Positions 27,141 through 37,525 of a stretch of DNA of 64,000 nt are shown here, one piece after another. A model generated the notes under the pieces. It was not told the DNA's origin. It searched no databases and saw only the letters and a program-made list of their open reading frames with translations. The stretch is from contig CAXXTH010000019.1 of assembly GCA_963668025.2 (NCBI GenBank), positions 64,001-128,000 of the forward strand. The letters run 5' to 3'. Both the position numbers and the translations under genes were made by a program. The first letter of the stretch is position 1; each line of letters begins with the position of its first letter. The stretch comes from Candidatus Hydrogenedentota bacterium (GTDB lineage: Bacteria; Hydrogenedentota; Hydrogenedentia; Hydrogenedentales; SLHB01).

Positions 27141-28505
27141 CTAGTATGTCTCTGGGCGCATCACCTGCAATTCGCGCGGGGTTTTCCACCGGCCTCGCGT
27201 GAAATCGGGTATCTCTACGGGCTTGCTGCCGCCGTTAATCGATTTTTCGCTTAGCGGCCCGATCACCGAATACGCCACGGCATCATACACTTCGATATCT
27301 TGCTCGATGCCCTTCCGGAAAGCATTGATGACCCGATAATTTTCGATGTAGTCCATTCCACCGTGGCCAACGCCCTCGCCTTGTTTGGAAAGGGTCTGCC
27401 ATACGGGATGGTCATATTGTTCGTAATACTTCGCCGAATCTTCCCATTCGTGGCCGTCTGTCATGCCTTCGATATGGACAACTTCTTTAGGATATTTCTG
27501 CATGATGCCTTTGGTCCCTTGCACCAAAATATCACGGCTGTATGGGCGGGGTAGATTGGTGTCATGTGTCACGACGATGGTTTGCTCGTTTTTCGTGCGG
27601 ATCAGTGTCGTGACAACATCGCTGAGCTTGTATTTTTCTTTCGCTTGTTCGCTGTCCGCGCCAAAAAGCTCGGCCGCATATTCATGCAATCCATAAGAGC
27701 CGCACCCCATTGAGACCAGATAATCCAGTTGGTTGCCTCGATTGATGTCCATGCATTGTGCGATAGGCCCGAGGCCATGCGTGGGATACAGGTCGCCGTT
27801 GCGCTTGATGGCGTGTTCCCTGCGCCACAGGCCCTCGCCATAGTTTTCCCATTTGACTTCACGCAGGTCATGCAAATACCCGCATTTGCCATGTAGAATC
27901 CGCCCGAGCAGGCCTTTCTTGACCATGTTGAGCGCCAGCAGCTCGAAATGGTCGTAACAGCAATTCTCCAACATGCCGCAGTGCAGCCCTGTCTTTTCGA
28001 CGGCCTCGACGAGTTTCCAGCAATCTTCGACGGTATAGGCGATAGGCACTTCAGATATGGCATGTTTGCCATTAGCCAACGCAGCGAGGCACACCGGCAC
28101 ATGCCACTCCCACGGCGTCGCCGTGTAGACCACATCCAAATCTTCCGTCTCACACAGACGGACAAAGTCCGTCTTTCCTTTAGAATATCCCGCGGGCTTG
28201 GGGAATCCGGCATCCACGATTTTTTGCTGCGCGCTGGCGACTTTTTCCTCGACGATGTCGCACACCGCCGTGATCTGGCAGCCAGGGATCTTAAGCAGAT
28301 TCTGAACGTGGTTGGAGCCCATGCCGCCCACCCCGACAAAACCGATACGCACGAGTTCCATGGGTTTGCGAACGGCAGGCGCGGGAACCGACGCTGCGAA
28401 AACGGATTTCCGTGCGCCACTCCAAGCCGTGGCCAGTAATCCAGCGGCGCATGCCGCACTAGCCGTATTTCTGAGAAAGTCCCTGCGGTGAATCGAATCG
28501 TTCAT
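27141..28505 (-). CDS. Tat-exported GH109 (Gfo/Idh/MocA) NAD-dependent glycosidase, alpha-N-acetylgalactosaminidase-like
   Basis: Twin-arginine RRDFL, GFVGVGGMG, ATPWEWH, ENCCY, YPTHGLGP, GHGGMD, PDFTRG. Confidence 0.92.
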   Translation of the reverse strand: MNDSIHRRDFLRNTASAACAAGLLATAWSGARKSVFAASVPAPAVRKPMELVRIGFVGVGGMGSNHVQNLLKIPGCQITAVCDIVEEKVASAQQKIVDAGFPKPAGYSKGKTDFVRLCETEDLDVVYTATPWEWHVPVCLAALANGKHAISEVPIAYTVEDCWKLVEAVEKTGLHCGMLENCCYDHFELLALNMVKKGLLGRILHGKCGYLHDLREVKWENYGEGLWRREHAIKRNGDLYPTHGLGPIAQCMDINRGNQLDYLVSMGCGSYGLHEYAAELFGADSEQAKEKYKLSDVVTTLIRTKNEQTIVVTHDTNLPRPYSRDILVQGTKGIMQKYPKEVVHIEGMTDGHEWEDSAKYYEQYDHPVWQTLSKQGEGVGHGGMDYIENYRVINAFRKGIEQDIEVYDAVAYSVIGPLSEKSINGGSKPVEIPDFTRGRWKTPRELQVMRPETY

Positions 28506-28960
28506 GATACCTCACCCCTATTGACAAGAGTCGTTCGCCCACATTTTTCCCACAACACAAAAAAACACACTGCTCTTGGTCCCATCTCTTCCAGCATCTT
28601 ACTTATGAAGCGTAACATACATGGTAAAATTTTTTCTTCTCCCACATTTCCTTCTCGAAAACCAGAATGGATGGGCGCAAAAACGGACATGAGAATACCA
28701 GATGATGGGGCAATAGGATTGATTCAAATCGGGAATCGTTTGTGCGATTCACCGATTTTCTCCCGTTGTATCTATTTGAAGCCATATCGAGCAGAAGCCA
28801 CAAATGGCCCGGATGTGGTATGCTAAAGCATGTGTTTGGAAAACGGTAATGCGGAAGAATAACGGACCGTCTCGAACCAATTAGTAAACACCTGGTTTTT
28901 ACATGCATGCGCCGGATGGCCGGGCTGGCACGTCCGCGCAGAGAAGGATAATGCGTTTCC

Positions 28961-29728
28961 ATGCGGTTCATTGTGTACAACATGCGTTATGGCACGGGAA
29001 CGGGATGGCGGTTTCATCTGCCGTTTCCTTTTAGCGGCTACCTGCGACCGACCGAACGCAATTTGAGGCGCATCATCCGGCTGCTGAAATCCCTCGACCC
29101 GGACATCATCGGACTCGTCGAGGTGGACAATGGTTCGTACCGTTCAAATGGCTTTAACCAAGCCAGCGTGATCGCGACCCAGCTCGGATTCGACCATGTC
29201 TACGAATCGAAATATGCGGAAAGATCCTTCGCCCGCCATATGCCCGTCATGCGCGAGCAAGGCAATGCGATTCTGACCAATCAACGTATCACTGCCCAGA
29301 CTTGTCATTATTTTAAGAAAGGCGTCAAACGGCTGGTCATCGAACTCGAATTTGATGATTTTGCCATCTTTCTTGTTCATTTGTCATTAAACTTCCGCCA
29401 CCGGCAATACCAGCTCGGGGATTTGTACGCCCTATTCCGCGATGTCAAAAAACCTATGATCGTGGCGGGAGACTTTAATGTCTTCTGGGGCCGCCGGGAA
29501 CTAGAGCTTTTCTTGGGCGCGACCCATTTGCTGAACGCCAACACGGAAGGATGGCCCACTTTTCCCAGCAACGCACCCAAGCGCCAGCTTGACTTCGTCT
29601 TGCATAGCCCCTCGATCCAGGTGAATTATTTCGACGTGCTCCATGTCGCCTTCTCGGACCACATGCCACTGGTCTGTGATTTTGAGATCCGCGAAGCCGC
29701 TCAAGCCGCCGCCGTTCATGCGCATTGA
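28961..29728 (+). CDS. Endonuclease/exonuclease/phosphatase family protein
   Basis: YNM, DIIGLVEVD, GNAIL, AGDFN, LDFVL, SDHMP. Confidence 0.88.
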   Translation: MRFIVYNMRYGTGTGWRFHLPFPFSGYLRPTERNLRRIIRLLKSLDPDIIGLVEVDNGSYRSNGFNQASVIATQLGFDHVYESKYAERSFARHMPVMREQGNAILTNQRITAQTCHYFKKGVKRLVIELEFDDFAIFLVHLSLNFRHRQYQLGDLYALFRDVKKPMIVAGDFNVFWGRRELELFLGATHLLNANTEGWPTFPSNAPKRQLDFVLHSPSIQVNYFDVLHVAFSDHMPLVCDFEIREAAQAAAVHAH

Positions 29729-29798
29729 ACAAGCTTCAGGTTTAACTGTCAAGCGTGCAGCCGTATACTGAAGCGAAATCTCAATGTAGGAGGCAGGC

Positions 29799-30494
29799 AT
29801 GCAGCACGAAGATCGGCTTATCCATTTTTCGACGGAACTCTTTTTTCCGCCATTTCAACTCAAAGCACCCGTGTTGCAGCGGTTGTATTACGAGCTATCC
29901 CAGCTTCCGGGCATGGGGTATGACAGCATCGAGCTGGGCAAGCAAGGGCCTCCACGGTTCCATTCCAAGCGCGGGGAAAAAACGCAATCGTTAGCGATAT
30001 TCCTGCCCGACCGGGTGCTCATGGTGGAAGAATGGGTGGATATGCCTCTGTCCGTGTTTCTCGACAAAACCCGTGAAGTGGCGCGGCGCATGATAGACGC
30101 CTTCGAGTTTGAAGCGTATACCGCCCAAACCGCCACGGTTCGCAGCACGTTTGCATTAACTCACTTCGATGACGCGCGGGTGTTCCTGCTTGATCATGTA
30201 TGCAGCCAGTCCGGGCGGATAGGCCCTCATTTTCAGCGGCCCATCATGGTGGGCGGCATACGCTTTGTGCTGCCCCATGCGCCCAACATCCCTGGTGATT
30301 TGCATGTCATCATCGAATCGTACCGGCACAGCCGCAATGAAGTGTTCGTCGAAGCCAAATCCGTTTACAGCGCTCTTCACGCCACCGCTTCGGAGGTGTC
30401 GGCGCTGGCGGAAAACATCGAGCATACGCACGGCTTCATCCGTAACAATATTTTCAACTACCTTCAACAATATGATGTGAATCCCGAGGCCTGA
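29799..30494 (+). CDS. Hypothetical protein
   Basis: AGGAGG RBS, 231-aa ORF in an operon-like position; no motif recognised. Confidence 0.7.
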   Translation: MQHEDRLIHFSTELFFPPFQLKAPVLQRLYYELSQLPGMGYDSIELGKQGPPRFHSKRGEKTQSLAIFLPDRVLMVEEWVDMPLSVFLDKTREVARRMIDAFEFEAYTAQTATVRSTFALTHFDDARVFLLDHVCSQSGRIGPHFQRPIMVGGIRFVLPHAPNIPGDLHVIIESYRHSRNEVFVEAKSVYSALHATASEVSALAENIEHTHGFIRNNIFNYLQQYDVNPEA

Positions 30495-30495
30495 T

Positions 30496-30522
30496 GTAAA
30501 CCTTTCCGGTGCGAGATGCGTT
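30496..30522 (+). promoter_or_regulatory. ECF-type promoter GTAAAC-N17-CGTT upstream of the ECF sigma gene
   Basis: Matches the general AAC/CGT ECF promoter architecture; ECF genes are commonly autoregulated. Confidence 0.5.
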
Positions 30523-30547
30523 TTTCCCAATGAGGCTGGAGCCCGAG

Positions 30548-31123
30548 ATGGACTTAACCGCCATGAGCGACGAGGCGCTCGCCCTCGCGTTACAGGCGGG
30601 GTGCGAAGAGGCATTCGACGAACTGGTGCATAGGCATCAGGGGCGCGTCTATGCCGTCGCATACCGGGTCACTGGGAACCGGGAGGACGCCCTTGACGCC
30701 GCCCAGGAAGCCTTCGTAAAGGCGTATCGGAAAGTGGGGTCATGGCAGCCCCGCAGCGGTTTCGTGCCGTGGCTCCTCCGATTGACGGTGAACCAGAGCA
30801 TCGACCTCCTGCGCCGGCAAAAACGCCACCGGCATGCGCCCCTCGAGGACGCGCTGGCGCAAGGCGAGGGGACTGCCTTGCACGAGGCCCGCACGGATGA
30901 TACGCGTACGCGGGTGGCGGCGGATGAGATCGGGGCGCGGGTGCAACAAGCGCTGCCTGCGTTATCCCCAGCCCAGCGGGCCGTGTTTGCGATGCGGCAT
31001 TATGAGGGATTGCCGCTGGCGGATATCGCGCAAGCCATGGGCTGTACGGTGGGGAGCGTGAAAGTCCATCTGTTTCGGGCGTTGCGCAAGCTGCAAGCCG
31101 AATTGAAAGATTTGTATGAGTAA
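30548..31123 (+). CDS. ECF RNA polymerase sigma factor
   Basis: AFDELV, DAAQEAF, WLLRLTVN, region 4 LSPAQRAVF...IAQAMGCTVGSVKVHLFRA. Confidence 0.93.
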   Translation: MDLTAMSDEALALALQAGCEEAFDELVHRHQGRVYAVAYRVTGNREDALDAAQEAFVKAYRKVGSWQPRSGFVPWLLRLTVNQSIDLLRRQKRHRHAPLEDALAQGEGTALHEARTDDTRTRVAADEIGARVQQALPALSPAQRAVFAMRHYEGLPLADIAQAMGCTVGSVKVHLFRALRKLQAELKDLYE

Positions 31124-32244
31124 TGGCCCGGTGGGGCGCCGGGCGCTGGGGACACGGCATGATGGCATGGTGGTTACACAAGCGGCGGATGCATGGGCTG
31201 ATGGCCGCCGCAGCTCATGGCGGACTCGAAAGCCAGGAGCAACAGATACTCGAACAGTATCTGGCGCGGCATCCGGATGCGCAACGCGAATTCGAAGCGA
31301 TGCGCCATTTGGCGCGCACCCTCCCCGCGGAACGCATCGAACCGCCTATCGACCTGTTATCCCACATCCGCACCCGCCTGGCGGAAAGCCCGCCACGCGC
31401 GGCGGGAACGCCTTCCTGGCAATTGGCCGCCGCCACCGCCGCAGGTTTTGTGCTCGTGGGCGTGTTCGCCTACCAAATCATGTCCGCCAGTGTGGACGCC
31501 CCATCTGGCAAGGGCGGCCTTTTGGCCTCCTCATCCATGGAACACCTCATTCATGAAGCATCCGCGTTGAGCTACCAGCGGGATTATGCCAATGCGCAGC
31601 AGGTGCTTAAAAGCGTCTTATCGACGTATCCTTCGGATCCGCATTCCCTTGAAGCTAAAAACCAATTGGCGGCTTTCGGCGTCCAGCAGCAACAGCTTGC
31701 CGAGGAATATTTCGAGCAGAGCCACCGGTATCACGATGCGTATGAAGCCTATAATGTATTGAAACACGAATTTCCCGAAACCTTTCAGGCCGATATCCGA
31801 AACGCGGACCGCCTAGATCTGCTGGATGAAGCGCGCCGGGTGAATTACGCTTCGCTCACCGAACTCGATGCGGCCAAAAACAAACGCAGCGGAGCCTTGG
31901 AAGCCCTTGAACAGGTGATCGCGCGATATCCGGCGGTTCCTGGCAGCGTTTCGCCTTCCATGGTGGCGTCGCTGGCCGCGGATGAAATGGCTCAACAGGT
32001 CATGAATAGCGGAACGCTTCCCGGCGAGGGGCCGGAAAAACTGCGCGCCCTGGAACAAGCCAGAAACCGCTGCACCGCCCCCATGGCGGTGGCCCGGCTC
32101 AACATCGAGATCGCCAATTATTATCTCCACGAGATGAACAATGTCGATAAAGCGCGCGATTTGGGCACTCAGGCCTTGAATAGCGACGACCCCACCGCCA
32201 TCGCATTGGCGCGGAATTTCTTGGATGGATTGCATGAACCCTGA
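31123..32244 (+). CDS. Membrane anti-sigma factor with periplasmic TPR-like domain
   Basis: TAATG coupling to the sigma gene; anti-sigma-like N-terminus, one TM (LAAATAAGFVLVGVFAY), helical repeats with YP motifs. Confidence 0.7.
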   Translation: MARWGAGRWGHGMMAWWLHKRRMHGLMAAAAHGGLESQEQQILEQYLARHPDAQREFEAMRHLARTLPAERIEPPIDLLSHIRTRLAESPPRAAGTPSWQLAAATAAGFVLVGVFAYQIMSASVDAPSGKGGLLASSSMEHLIHEASALSYQRDYANAQQVLKSVLSTYPSDPHSLEAKNQLAAFGVQQQQLAEEYFEQSHRYHDAYEAYNVLKHEFPETFQADIRNADRLDLLDEARRVNYASLTELDAAKNKRSGALEALEQVIARYPAVPGSVSPSMVASLAADEMAQQVMNSGTLPGEGPEKLRALEQARNRCTAPMAVARLNIEIANYYLHEMNNVDKARDLGTQALNSDDPTAIALARNFLDGLHEP

Positions 32245-32375
32245 GATCGGCCACAAGAGGCACGGATCTTTCACCACGAAGGGCGCGAAGAACACGAAGT
32301 TATTTTTTGTAAATGCGGCCACGACACGATGAGTGGGATGCTGTTTTTGGGATGTGGCATTTGCTAGAACACCAA

Positions 32376-33635
32376 ATGAAGACGACTGAAAAGAGACTTG
32401 CGCGGCTGAGTCCCTCCGGTGGAGGAAGGGGGGGTGGTGTCCTTGCTCTGAGGACTCGTCCCCTCGCACGCGTGTTTGTGGTGCTCGTAGTGCTTATCGT
32501 TATGCTGGCGCTAACCGGGGAGGGTGAAGGATCCGAGACGGTTCCGCGCCCGCTTCCGCCGAGCAAACGATTTGAGGTTTTTTCTCTCCTGCTGGATCGC
32601 GAGGCCAAGATTCGGAACTTGTTCATCTCGTATGTTTGGACGGAAACAGGCATGGATAGGCCTCCCACACAGACCAAGATTGAATGGGCTATGTGCGGCG
32701 AGAAGCGCTACCGAAAGTCCTGGTGGTCAACACCTGTCGGCGAGCCGCTGCCGGAACGTTGGAGTACGGCTGTCTGGAATGGTAAGCTGTTGAAGGCATA
32801 CGACTCGGGGACGGACAATGGGTCGGTCAGGGCAGAGTTCGACCCTCTCAATCAGATCGAGGACACTCCCCATACTTGGGAAAACTATGGACATATGCTT
32901 GGCAGCCCCCAGAGGGGATCACTTGGCCACTTGATTGCCGCCACGCCTGAGGAGAAGTGGCTGATGGAATGGGCCGATGCCGACACCAGGCAGAGCGTCA
33001 TTCTTTCCACGCAGACCTTAAAGGGCAAATACACGGAGGGTAAACGCTACGAGTGGATCGTGGATATCGAGAAGGGAGGGATGATAACCGCCGCTACGGT
33101 GTATATTCATCCGCCAGCCAGTATACCGACCGATGACAAATGGTTTGAGTTCGTGCACTACACCGCAACTGAATCGCGAGAAGTCAAGCCCGGGCTGTGG
33201 TTCGCAACCAAGGCTGACGGCTCATTGCGATATAATGACGAGGCGGGAGCCCTGGTCGTCATAAATGATCATACAGAGATCAACGACATTCAGGTCAACC
33301 AACCCGAGGAAGCAATTCGCAACCTCTTTGAGTTCGAATTTCCCAAAGGCTCAATGTATTACGATTTCGTCTTGGACTCGTCCATGGTTGCCGGAATGCG
33401 GGATCGTTCGGACGTAGTAAAAGAGATCGAGGCTAAGGTGTTCGAATTGCGTGATCACCTCCCTCCTCCGCCATCGATCGGCTCCGAAAACACTCTGGCC
33501 CCCGAGACGCCTGTTGCCCGTCACCCCGAACCGGGGAGAGGCGGAAGCATGTGGCTACTCGCCGCTGGTGTCTTTGCCGCGCTAGCTCTCACGATTCTGG
33601 GCTGGCGCCTATGGAGTAGAAATAGAAAGGTCTAA
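32376..33635 (+). CDS. Exported protein with N- and C-terminal hydrophobic segments; function unknown
   Basis: Hydrophobic VFVVLVVLIVMLAL, beta-rich core, Pro-rich linker, C-terminal TM plus basic tail. The start is uncertain. Confidence 0.65.
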   Translation: MKTTEKRLARLSPSGGGRGGGVLALRTRPLARVFVVLVVLIVMLALTGEGEGSETVPRPLPPSKRFEVFSLLLDREAKIRNLFISYVWTETGMDRPPTQTKIEWAMCGEKRYRKSWWSTPVGEPLPERWSTAVWNGKLLKAYDSGTDNGSVRAEFDPLNQIEDTPHTWENYGHMLGSPQRGSLGHLIAATPEEKWLMEWADADTRQSVILSTQTLKGKYTEGKRYEWIVDIEKGGMITAATVYIHPPASIPTDDKWFEFVHYTATESREVKPGLWFATKADGSLRYNDEAGALVVINDHTEINDIQVNQPEEAIRNLFEFEFPKGSMYYDFVLDSSMVAGMRDRSDVVKEIEAKVFELRDHLPPPPSIGSENTLAPETPVARHPEPGRGGSMWLLAAGVFAALALTILGWRLWSRNRKV

Positions 33636-33640
33636 TCGCA

Positions 33641-34006
33641 GTGAAAGTGAAGTGGCTTCATGCCAGCCCGATGATTATCTTCGCCAGCATCGTAGCAGTG
33701 GTTTTCGGCGTTTCCGCGGAAGAGAAGGATTTCACCACTGGCGATGCGGCGGCGAAGCCAGCAGATCAGTCTGCATGGCGTTCGGAGTGCGCTGATGCCT
33801 CGTGTGGTGCCGACTCGCTGTACTTCTTATGCATGTGCTATGGGTTCCCGATCAGCCACGAGGACTTGGTCTTCATGCTGTCACCCGATGACCTCGGCGT
33901 GTCCATGCGTTCGATCAAAGAAGTGGCGGAACAGATTGGGTTCTCGGCTCACGTCTACGAAGTAACCATAAGAAACGCCCTGGATCCCCGCTTTCGGGCC
34001 TGTTGA
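33641..34006 (+). pseudogene. Truncated C39-type cysteine peptidase
   Basis: Signal peptide, SCGADSLY, GVSMRSIKEVAEQIGF. It runs into REP/MITE sequence (LDPRFR) before a catalytic His appears. Confidence 0.6.
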
Positions 34007-34150
34007 TTTAATGTATTAATATAATAGTGATTGTGAGAACCCGGCTTCGGAGAATGCTCCAGATTGCATGATCTCTACATCGGCAAGGTGGTGTTTCGAT
34101 GACCAAAAAACGACGTTGGATCTGGCTTTCTGGACTTAATCGACAGGCCC
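33996..34150 (+). mobile_element. 155-bp MITE (internally deleted IS5-like element) inserted in a REP hairpin, 4-bp TSD TTTC
   Basis: TIRs GGGCCTGTTGATT / AATCGACAGGCCC; TTTC at 33992-33995 and 34151-34154. Removing the insert restores CTGGATCCCCGCTTTCGAGGGAATGAC, like the intact REP at 48223. Confidence 0.75.
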
Positions 34151-34271
34151 TTTCGAGGGAATGACACAGTGGGTGATATTTCCTTGGTCCGCCAGGAGGG
34201 TTTGAAGCCCTCGGGAGCATATGTTAAGATATTGATATTGCAAAAGTTGTGACACTTCAGGAGCTAAATTC

Positions 34272-35987
34272 GTGCTAGGACAACGCGCATTCGAGAAACA
34301 CTTGGTCCGGGAAGGCATTGTGGATGAAGACCGCTTGGCGAAGGCCAAGGCGGAAGCGGCGCGCATCGACGCCAAGCTAGTGGATGTCATGCTGCAGATC
34401 GGCCTTGCCACTGCGGAAACCTTGTATAAGGCGCTCGCCGCTTTTTGTGAACTGCGGTATGTCACCCCATCCAAAATGGAGATTGCGGCGGACTTGAGCG
34501 AGAAAGTGCCCGCCCGGTTCGCCTCCCACTATCAATTCGTGCCCATCGAGGAACGCAATGGCACCCTCGTGGTGGCGGTGAGCGATCCACTGAACAACCA
34601 GCTCCTGGATGACATACGCCTCGTCCTCAAGCGGCGCATCGAGGCCGTCGTCACCACGCCCCAGGAAATTGCCAATACCCTCAAGACCATTTATGGCGTG
34701 GGCGCGGATACGGTCGAACGCATTCTGGTCGAATCGGAGCAATCGGGCGAGATTCTCAACCTCGACCGGGCCGTCAAAGAGGCTGATCTTGATGAAGAGA
34801 ACATGGAAGCCTCGATCATCAAGTTCGTGAACGAATTGTTCTCGGAGGCTATTCGGGCCGACGCCACGGACGTACATATCGAACCTTTCGAAGACCTGCT
34901 CCGCGTGCGGTTCCGCATAGACGGCGTCCTCCACGCCATCCCGGTGCCGCCATCAATCCGGGGATTCCACACGGCCATCGTATCGCGCGTGAAAATTATG
35001 GCCAATCTGAACATCGCCGAGCGACGCCTGCCTCAAGACGGCAAAATCCGCGCCTCGCTGGGCGAAGAACAGTTCGACCTGCGCGTATCCATTCTGCCCA
35101 CGCCGTATGGCGAGACGGTGAACCTGCGTATCTTGAACCGCGCCTCGATGTTCATGACGATGGACCAGCTCGGGTTCATGAAGGAAGACCTCGAATTATT
35201 CAACACCTTTATTCGCCGGCCTTATGGCATGATCCTCGTGACGGGCCCCACCGGCAGCGGTAAAACCACCACGCTATACGCCGCATTGAGCAAATTGAAC
35301 GGCCTTGAACATAAAATCATCACCATTGAAGATCCCATTGAATACCAGCTCAAAGGCGTCACGCAGATGCAGGTGATGCCGCAGATCGGATTCGACTTCG
35401 CGGCGGCCTTGCGCTCGATGCTGCGCCATGACCCCGATATCATGCTTGTAGGCGAAATCCGCGACCAAGAGACCGCCGAAATGGCCGTCCGTTCGAGCTT
35501 GACCGGCCACTTGGTGTTCAGCACGCTCCACACTAACGACGCCGCCGGGGCCGTGACCCGCTTAACGGACTTGGGCCTCGAACCGTTCCTCATCGCGAGC
35601 ACCATGATCGCCTCGATCGCCCAGCGCCTCGTGCGCCGCGTGTGCCGCCATTGCGCCGAGGAATTTGTACCGGATGAGCGGCTGCTGCGGGAGTTTGGCG
35701 TAGACCCATCAGAAGCCCAGGGCGCGACGTTCCGCAGGGGCGTGGGATGCGACCATTGCCTGCATACGGGCTACCATGGCCGGGTGGCGATTTACGAGAT
35801 GCTCTCGTTTACCCGCGCCATCCGCGATCTGCTCGCCGAGCGGGCGTCCGGCGACCTGATCAAGCAAAAAGCCCTCGAGGAGGGCATGCGCACCTTGCGT
35901 GATTCGGGCTGGTATCGTATCCGGACGGGCCAGACCACCTTCGAGGAAGTGATGCGCGCCACCTCTGAGTCTGATATCCGGAAATAA
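34272..35987 (+). CDS. gspE: Type II secretion / type IV pilus assembly ATPase GspE/PilB
   Basis: DATDVHIEP, ERRLPQDG, Walker A GPTGSGKTT, TIEDPIEY, LRHDPD, GHLVFSTLHTN, CxxC...CxxC. Confidence 0.93.
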   Translation: MLGQRAFEKHLVREGIVDEDRLAKAKAEAARIDAKLVDVMLQIGLATAETLYKALAAFCELRYVTPSKMEIAADLSEKVPARFASHYQFVPIEERNGTLVVAVSDPLNNQLLDDIRLVLKRRIEAVVTTPQEIANTLKTIYGVGADTVERILVESEQSGEILNLDRAVKEADLDEENMEASIIKFVNELFSEAIRADATDVHIEPFEDLLRVRFRIDGVLHAIPVPPSIRGFHTAIVSRVKIMANLNIAERRLPQDGKIRASLGEEQFDLRVSILPTPYGETVNLRILNRASMFMTMDQLGFMKEDLELFNTFIRRPYGMILVTGPTGSGKTTTLYAALSKLNGLEHKIITIEDPIEYQLKGVTQMQVMPQIGFDFAAALRSMLRHDPDIMLVGEIRDQETAEMAVRSSLTGHLVFSTLHTNDAAGAVTRLTDLGLEPFLIASTMIASIAQRLVRRVCRHCAEEFVPDERLLREFGVDPSEAQGATFRRGVGCDHCLHTGYHGRVAIYEMLSFTRAIRDLLAERASGDLIKQKALEEGMRTLRDSGWYRIRTGQTTFEEVMRATSESDIRK

Positions 35988-36003
35988 GTAGGAAGGCAAA
36001 CCC

Positions 36004-37215
36004 ATGCCGCAATACCGCTACCAAGTGAAAAAAGGCCCCGGCCAGCCTGTTTCAGGCATGCTCGAAGCCGAAAACCAGCGCGCCGCCGTGGCCCGCCTGC
36101 GCGACATGGGGTATGTGCCCATCCATATTGAAGAATACGCTGAGGAGAACAAGAAAGAGTCATTGCGCCATGCCTTTGTGCGCGTGCGCCTCAAAGACCG
36201 CAACGTCTTCTTCCGGCAACTTGCCAACCTATTCGAATCGGGCATGGTCCTCACGCGCGCCCTCTCGACCATTATTCAGCAAACGCAGAACGCAAAACTG
36301 GTCAAAGTCGTTGAACAGCTCCGCGAAGATGTGCAGAAAGGCAGCACCTTCGCGGAAGCCATGGAACACCACCCGAAGGTGTTTCCCCCGATGTTTTGCA
36401 GCCTGGTGCGCGCGGGTGAAGCGGGCGGCATGCTCGATGAAGTGTTCTGGCGCATGGTGGCCTTTGGCGAACAAGAAGAAGAACTGCGAGGCAAAGCCAT
36501 CACGGCCGCGGTCTATCCCATTTTTCTCTTCATCATGGGTTTCTCGGCGGTGTTTATTTTAATTACGTTCGTGTTTCCAAAATTCACCAAAGTGTTCGAG
36601 GATTTTAACGCCAGCCTGCCCTGGCCCACCGTGGTGGTCATGGGCCTTTGCGACTTTATGTCCCACTATTGGTGGCTGGTGCTGATGGTGCTCTTCGGGT
36701 TCGTGATGGGCTTCATTACATGGGTGCGCACCGAAAAAGGCCGGGTCATTTTCGACACGAATATTCTAAAAGTGCCCGTAGTGGGGACGGTGGTGCAGAA
36801 ATACCAGATGTCCCAGTTCTCGCGCGTCCTCGGGACGCTACTCGATAATGGCGTGCCGGTGCTGTCGGGATTGCGCATCACCGTGGACACGCTGACCAAC
36901 AAAGCCATCGCAGCGGAACTGGCGGTCGCACAAGAACGCGTGGCGGAGGGCGACAGCATCAGCTCAAGCCTCGAACACACCAAGCATTTCCCGCCGGTGG
37001 TCATTAGCATGTTCGCCGTGGGCGAGGAAAGCGGGCGCTTGGGCGCGGTGACAAAACGCATGGCCGACGCCTATGATATCGAAGTGGACCGGGCCGTGAA
37101 AGCCATGACGGCCTTGCTCGAACCGGTCATGATTGTAATTATGGGCGGCATCATCGGATTCCTGGTGATCGCCATGCTGCTGCCCATGCTGACTTTGAGC
37201 GCGAATGTGGGATAA
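36004..37215 (+). CDS. gspF: Type II secretion platform protein GspF
   Basis: FFRQLANL, AGEAGGML, VYP, VGEESGRL, LLEPVMI. Confidence 0.9.
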   Translation: MPQYRYQVKKGPGQPVSGMLEAENQRAAVARLRDMGYVPIHIEEYAEENKKESLRHAFVRVRLKDRNVFFRQLANLFESGMVLTRALSTIIQQTQNAKLVKVVEQLREDVQKGSTFAEAMEHHPKVFPPMFCSLVRAGEAGGMLDEVFWRMVAFGEQEEELRGKAITAAVYPIFLFIMGFSAVFILITFVFPKFTKVFEDFNASLPWPTVVVMGLCDFMSHYWWLVLMVLFGFVMGFITWVRTEKGRVIFDTNILKVPVVGTVVQKYQMSQFSRVLGTLLDNGVPVLSGLRITVDTLTNKAIAAELAVAQERVAEGDSISSSLEHTKHFPPVVISMFAVGEESGRLGAVTKRMADAYDIEVDRAVKAMTALLEPVMIVIMGGIIGFLVIAMLLPMLTLSANVG

Positions 37216-37309
37216 TTAATGGGCAATATTTTACAACAAACAGATGGATTTGGCTGCAACGCTTGCGGTTAATCCATGACTCCCCGTTCGGAAAACAGGA
37301 GCATTGAGC

Positions 37310-37525
37310 ATGCACCACGAGTTTCACGCCATTCTCGAACAAGATGGGGAATGGTATATCGCATACTGTCCGGAGGTGCCCGGAGCCAATGGACAGGGGC
37401 GGACAATTGAAGAATGTAAGCAGAACCTGTCGGAAGCGATTTCGCTTATTTTGGAATTTCGCTTGGAAGAAGCATTGCGCGGAGTGCCTGCTGACGCCGT
37501 GCAAGACGTTGTCACCATAGAATGA
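37310..37525 (+). CDS. hicB: HicB-family antitoxin (short, no DNA-binding domain)
   Basis: WYIAYCPEVPGANGQGRTIEECKQNLSEAI. Confidence 0.88.
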   Translation: MHHEFHAILEQDGEWYIAYCPEVPGANGQGRTIEECKQNLSEAISLILEFRLEEALRGVPADAVQDVVTIE

